Of a stretch of 64,000 nt of DNA, positions 60,088 to 64,000 are shown piece by piece (within the stretch, counting starts at the first letter, position 1; the number at the start of each line of letters is the position of its first letter). The notes under the pieces are model-generated. The model did not search any database, had not been told where the DNA came from, and saw only the letters and a program-made list of their open reading frames with translations. Origin of the DNA: a virus (taxonomy: Duplodnaviria > Caudoviricetes); the IMG/VR virus record IMGVR_UViG_3300010163_000002, positions 128,001 to 192,000 of that record, one strand, 5' to 3'. Both the position numbers and the translations under genes were made by a program.

Positions 60088-61641
60088 ATGGCATACGGAA
60101 ATGTAAATATGCCAGGAGCTTCTGCTGCTGATGTTAAAGCGGCAGAGGCTGCGGCACAAAATGCATTAGATAAGATTGGAAATACATCAGATACTGGCGG
60201 AAGTCCTTCCGCCGGTACAGTTATGGGAAAGCTTAATAAAATTATTGAAAGCAGTAGTGGTTCGGCTAGCGCCGATACTCATCTTATTTGGTTAAATGAC
60301 TATAAAACATTTGGCGAAGATTCATATGTATTTCAGAATAAAGATATTCTGCATGAATTATATGAAGATTTCAGTCTTGTTATTCACGATATGTTAATAC
60401 GAGTTGAAGCATTAGAATATGCAGATAAAAATAATCTTGCTGGGCAGTATTTAGCTGCAGCATATGATATTTCCAATGCAGATTCTGTAAAGAATATACA
60501 AACCACAAGTGCTCTTGTACAAAATTCTGCAGCTATGAATGTGGTACGACAATCTGATGTGGATATGAAAGCATTGCTTGATTATAATGCAAGTATGAAC
60601 GCTTTAATTAAATCTACAACAGCTATGAATTCAGTTGCTGCGTCAATAATAGGTATGAAAGCTATTGCTGAGTCGGAAGAAGCTATGAATACTCTTCTTG
60701 CTTCTAATACTTTAAGTATTGTCGCTAGTTCTGCAACAGCTATGAACCAAGTTGCCGCATCCGAAGTTGCTGTAGACGCTATTGTAAAACAGAATAAAAT
60801 GGATAGTTTTTTAAATGCAACATCAATGGCCGCAATTGCTGCTTCTGAGACTGCTATGCGAATTATATCGGAATCTGAGGAGGCTATGACTGCTATTTCT
60901 CAATCTGAAGTTGCTGTAGACGCTATTGCTAAGTCTAGCGTTGCATCAAATGTTGTATGCGCTTCTAATAATTCCATGGGTATTTTATGTAACTCAGAAA
61001 TTGCTTTAAATAACTTATATACTGTTTTCTTTAATTCTACTCCAGCCATGAATTGTATTTGCAATAATGAGTCAAATATGGCAGCGGTTGCAGCATCTTA
61101 TGATTGCATGCAAGCGGCAGTTGCCGATGCAGCTATTATGCAAACTTTTAGTGAATCCGATATATGTAAAGACGCTATTACTAAATCAGCCACCGCATTA
61201 CAAATTATAGCTAAAAACGCTGATAAATGGGAATCATTAAAACCATTTATAATTGCAATAAATAATAATGGGATTAAGTATGTACAAAACGCATATGACA
61301 TACTTACCAATACAAATTATTTTACTAGAAAAACAACATCTAGAATTACTCAATATGATACTTATATGGAGAAATTACACGAATACTGTACCAGCGAGTA
61401 CGCTAATAATGGGTTTATTATAGGTCATGCAGGCGTACCTTCAAATTCACAAACTGCTACCGATCCAACTACAATTAGAATAAATAATGAAATAGTTGTA
61501 GAAAGGGCAAAAAGTTTTAATGCTGATGGATGGTTAAAAGATATTTCCAAAGGTAATGTTAATATTTTATTAATACCAACAGCTACATTTACTACTTCAA
61601 ATAATTGTTACGCGACCATAGCTGTATTTATTTCGAAATAG
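60088..61641 (+). CDS. tail-associated protein with ~11-aa AM.AIA.SE repeats
   Basis: IG.T.DTGG...AGTVMGKLN motif; tandem helical repeats. Confidence 0.65.
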   Translation: MAYGNVNMPGASAADVKAAEAAAQNALDKIGNTSDTGGSPSAGTVMGKLNKIIESSSGSASADTHLIWLNDYKTFGEDSYVFQNKDILHELYEDFSLVIHDMLIRVEALEYADKNNLAGQYLAAAYDISNADSVKNIQTTSALVQNSAAMNVVRQSDVDMKALLDYNASMNALIKSTTAMNSVAASIIGMKAIAESEEAMNTLLASNTLSIVASSATAMNQVAASEVAVDAIVKQNKMDSFLNATSMAAIAASETAMRIISESEEAMTAISQSEVAVDAIAKSSVASNVVCASNNSMGILCNSEIALNNLYTVFFNSTPAMNCICNNESNMAAVAASYDCMQAAVADAAIMQTFSESDICKDAITKSATALQIIAKNADKWESLKPFIIAINNNGIKYVQNAYDILTNTNYFTRKTTSRITQYDTYMEKLHEYCTSEYANNGFIIGHAGVPSNSQTATDPTTIRINNEIVVERAKSFNADGWLKDISKGNVNILLIPTATFTTSNNCYATIAVFISK

Positions 61642-61653
61642 GGGTGATTTATA

Positions 61654-62058
61654 TTGAATAGTTTATTACAACAGATTTTGTCTAATATAAAATGCGTAAA
61701 GAGCGTACAACGTGGAACAGGTAGATTATATGTTAAATTTAAATCTGACAATGTTAAAAATTACCATCCAGAGTTAAAAGTTCCATTAAACACTATCGAT
61801 CCGAATAAATGTGTTGTTATTTTGAATGGCGCGTGTTCTACATATTTTGCTAATGATATACCAGCATATAGTAGCGGAAATGCTGAAAGAATAAATCCGC
61901 CACATTTATTTTCTCTGAATAGTAATGAATTAATAATTAAAGATAGCTTTCAAGTCAACCTAACCAGCTATAGTACTTCCGATCCAAAGGATGAGGAAGG
62001 CTATTTTACATATACTGGTGCTGCTATAATTAGTTGGCAAGTAATAGAATTCTATTAA
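61654..62058 (+). CDS. small tail-tip protein
   Basis: VKSVQRG...ISWQVIEFY motif; the N-terminal end of the ORF is uncertain. Confidence 0.6.
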   Translation: MNSLLQQILSNIKCVKSVQRGTGRLYVKFKSDNVKNYHPELKVPLNTIDPNKCVVILNGACSTYFANDIPAYSSGNAERINPPHLFSLNSNELIIKDSFQVNLTSYSTSDPKDEEGYFTYTGAAIISWQVIEFY

Positions 62059-62072
62059 TAGGGGGTGTTTAA

Positions 62073-62381
62073 ATGTATAGATATGCTCAAATTATTCCTG
62101 GCAATGGAGCTGTAGTAGGAGACAGCCATTTAAGTGGGCCGGTAAATCATCCAAATATGATTCCAATTCCGGAAAATTTTGATCTTACAAATAAGAGATA
62201 CGTTAATGGAGAGTGGCAGGTACACATTCCTCCGGAACCAGAGCCTGTTGAACCTGAACCGACAGAGCAGGATCTTATTAATGCGGAAATACTGTTAAAG
62301 CAGGCTAAGATTATAAGTACTCAGAATGAGACTAACGATACATTGAAACAGATTTTAGCAAATCAGCAGACAAAGGAGTGA
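62073..62381 (+). CDS. XkdW-like tail-associated protein
   Basis: YAQI..., EPTEQD..NAEIL; precedes XkdX. Confidence 0.55.
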   Translation: MYRYAQIIPGNGAVVGDSHLSGPVNHPNMIPIPENFDLTNKRYVNGEWQVHIPPEPEPVEPEPTEQDLINAEILLKQAKIISTQNETNDTLKQILANQQTKE

Positions 62382-62390
62382 TAATAAGAT

Positions 62391-62534
62391 ATGAGTAAGA
62401 AGATACTTGATATCATAAAGAATTATTACAAATTAAAGATTTATAAGAATGAAGACGTAGCAGCGTTTGTTAAATCAAACGATATTACTCCAGAAGAATA
62501 CAAAGAAATTACTGGAGAAGAATACGTAAAATAA
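62391..62534 (+). CDS. XkdX family protein (47 aa, not in the ORF track)
   Basis: IK.YY...IY..EDV..FV....ITPEEYKEITGEEY; AGGAGTG RBS. Confidence 0.85.
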   Translation: MSKKILDIIKNYYKLKIYKNEDVAAFVKSNDITPEEYKEITGEEYVK

Positions 62535-62556
62535 GAGGTAAAGGAGGTTAAGTAGG

Positions 62557-63855
62557 ATGGCATATGGAATTGTAAATGGTCCTGCAGGAGCATCTAGATC
62601 ATCTGGTGTTTCTGGATCTGGAATAAGTATTGTGCCATTTCAAACTGGCGGATTAACATATAACAGCAAAGAACAATCCCCTGTATGGAGTAATTATGAT
62701 ACCGAAAAGCTTACACTTGGTGGAGTGACTAAGAGTACTAATGCCGGTACATATATTGCTACATTCACTCCTAAGGAAGGTTATACATGGATGGACGGAA
62801 CCACTGGAGCCAAAGAGGCTCCGTGGACCATCGCTAAAGCACCAGGAAATTTGACAGCAGGAAGAACAGATATGATTTTTGATGTTTTTAATTTATCAGA
62901 AACTATAAATATTATATGTGATGGGGATGGAGCCATAAGTGTTAAGGTTATAAATGAAGATATTGCTACAGTTGAACTATTTGGTACAGAATTGACAATA
63001 ACTGCTATAAAGAAGGGTTATACAGGTATTATTTTAAGATCGATGGAAGACGATAATCATACTGTTTCTGAATTTAAAGTAATACACGTGCATTGCGATA
63101 TTCCAAGTAGCGTATTAGAAGAAAATGATATTAAATATATTGTAGATGCGGCAAAATCAGGAACGGCCAAAAATTTCTGGTCTGTGGGCGATACTATTCC
63201 TATACAGTTAGAGTATGGCTACGATGTTGGTTTAGGCGCACATCCGATTATATATGCGTATATAATTGGTTTTAATCATAATCCAGATATTGAAGGAAAT
63301 AATACAATACATTTTCAATTAGGCAAAACTGAAGATGGTACTGATATAGCCATTACAACTACACACTATGGTAGTGGTAGCAGTTCTAGCTCTGGAACTT
63401 TCCATATGATTTTGCAAGGTAGCAATGCAGGGGGGTGGGAAGGAACTAGCTTGAGAAAAAATGATTTAAATAAAACATTTTTTAGCGCATTTCCAACCGA
63501 ATGGCAAAATGCTATGAAAAATTGTCCTAAATATACCAATAATATAGGACAAAAATCTTCATCCGTTTCAGTTACCGAAGATAAATTATGGCTATTATCT
63601 GAATTTGAAGTTTTTGGAGAAATAACTAGATCAACTGAACTAGAACAAAATTTCCAAAAACAATATTCATATTATGCTAATGGTAATAGTAAAATAAAAT
63701 ACAGAAGTAAATCATTAGATACTACTGCTATTTGGTGGTTACGTTCTCCTGCTTTTGCAAGTAGCGGTTTTTGCTGCGTTTTAAATGATGGTTTGCCTGG
63801 CGTAGCACAACAGTACATGGCATATGGATTATCCGCGTGTTTTGCAGTAGGTTAA
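62557..63855 (+). CDS. tail-tip protein with Ig-like domains and C-terminal DUF6273/CLec-like domain
   Basis: WSVGD, IIGFNHN, N.GGW..., DKLWLLSEFEVFG, WWLRSP...FC.V...G. Confidence 0.8.
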   Translation: MAYGIVNGPAGASRSSGVSGSGISIVPFQTGGLTYNSKEQSPVWSNYDTEKLTLGGVTKSTNAGTYIATFTPKEGYTWMDGTTGAKEAPWTIAKAPGNLTAGRTDMIFDVFNLSETINIICDGDGAISVKVINEDIATVELFGTELTITAIKKGYTGIILRSMEDDNHTVSEFKVIHVHCDIPSSVLEENDIKYIVDAAKSGTAKNFWSVGDTIPIQLEYGYDVGLGAHPIIYAYIIGFNHNPDIEGNNTIHFQLGKTEDGTDIAITTTHYGSGSSSSSGTFHMILQGSNAGGWEGTSLRKNDLNKTFFSAFPTEWQNAMKNCPKYTNNIGQKSSSVSVTEDKLWLLSEFEVFGEITRSTELEQNFQKQYSYYANGNSKIKYRSKSLDTTAIWWLRSPAFASSGFCCVLNDGLPGVAQQYMAYGLSACFAVG

Positions 63856-63870
63856 GAGGAGGGATATAAT

Positions 63871-64000
63871 ATGAACTACATAGTTCATCATAGATTTAAA
63901 GATAAAGGGGCTTGCGGTAAATATTTTAATCTTCCGTACGGAACAAAACTTATTACGGTAGGAGAATTTATTGCAACTACAGATAAGAAAATAATCTGTT
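63871..64000 (+). CDS. hypothetical protein, partial
   Basis: MNYIVHHRFKDKGACG...NLPYGT; GAGGAGG RBS. Confidence 0.65.
   Translation, partial: MNYIVHHRFKDKGACGKYFNLPYGTKLITVGEFIATTDKKIIC

Noticed and set aside
60500-61200. Nucleotide-level repeats such as GAAGTTGCTGTAGACGCTATTG (two copies)
   Set aside because: They are explained by the protein's tandem helical repeats.
307-61310. Numerous short antisense or overlapping ORFs in the track (e.g. 307-747, 4392-4793, 33765-34235, 49861-50280, 57998-58414)
   Set aside because: They shadow longer genes, lack an RBS and have implausible composition.
63730-63855. Remote second VR of the TR at 9984
   Set aside because: Many mismatches fall on non-adenine TR positions, and the GC-rich element and hairpin are missing.
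1-64000. Stop-codon reassignment as in some gut jumbo phages
   Set aside because: Conserved genes are full length in code 11, and TAA, TAG and TGA all end genes at expected positions.
1-64000. CRISPR array, tRNA, rRNA, IS or integrase
   Set aside because: I saw no regularly spaced repeats, cloverleafs or transposase/recombinase motifs by eye; tRNAscan and Infernal were not run.

Overview
This is an AT-rich, gene-dense segment of a jumbo phage that probably infects an anaerobic Firmicute. The host inference rests on strong AGGAGG ribosome-binding sites, a class III ribonucleotide reductase, a GH25 endolysin and an XkdX gene. Two split multisubunit RNA polymerase beta-prime subunits and about 20 copies of a DACA-N6-TA late-promoter motif point to a PBS1/AR9-like transcription strategy. 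The phage also encodes ThyA and DHFR, so its DNA probably contains thymine rather than uracil. The clearest system is a complete diversity-generating retroelement (DGR): target gene 8163-9041, VR 8943-9031, post-VR hairpin, avd, TR 9984-10072 and RT 10210-11400. All 15 VR/TR mismatches fall on TR adenines. Two small genes next to the DGR, on the opposite strand, share a subdomain with the target protein, which may be an undescribed accessory feature. The window also holds a redoxin-NrdD-NrdG-FTR cassette, an operon pairing a prion-like protein with a kinase-like protein, baseplate and tail genes, several holin candidates, a 24-bp quasi-palindrome repeated 52.8 kb apart, and a 5'-truncated tail gene. 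All product calls come from motif recognition by eye; no database searches were run.
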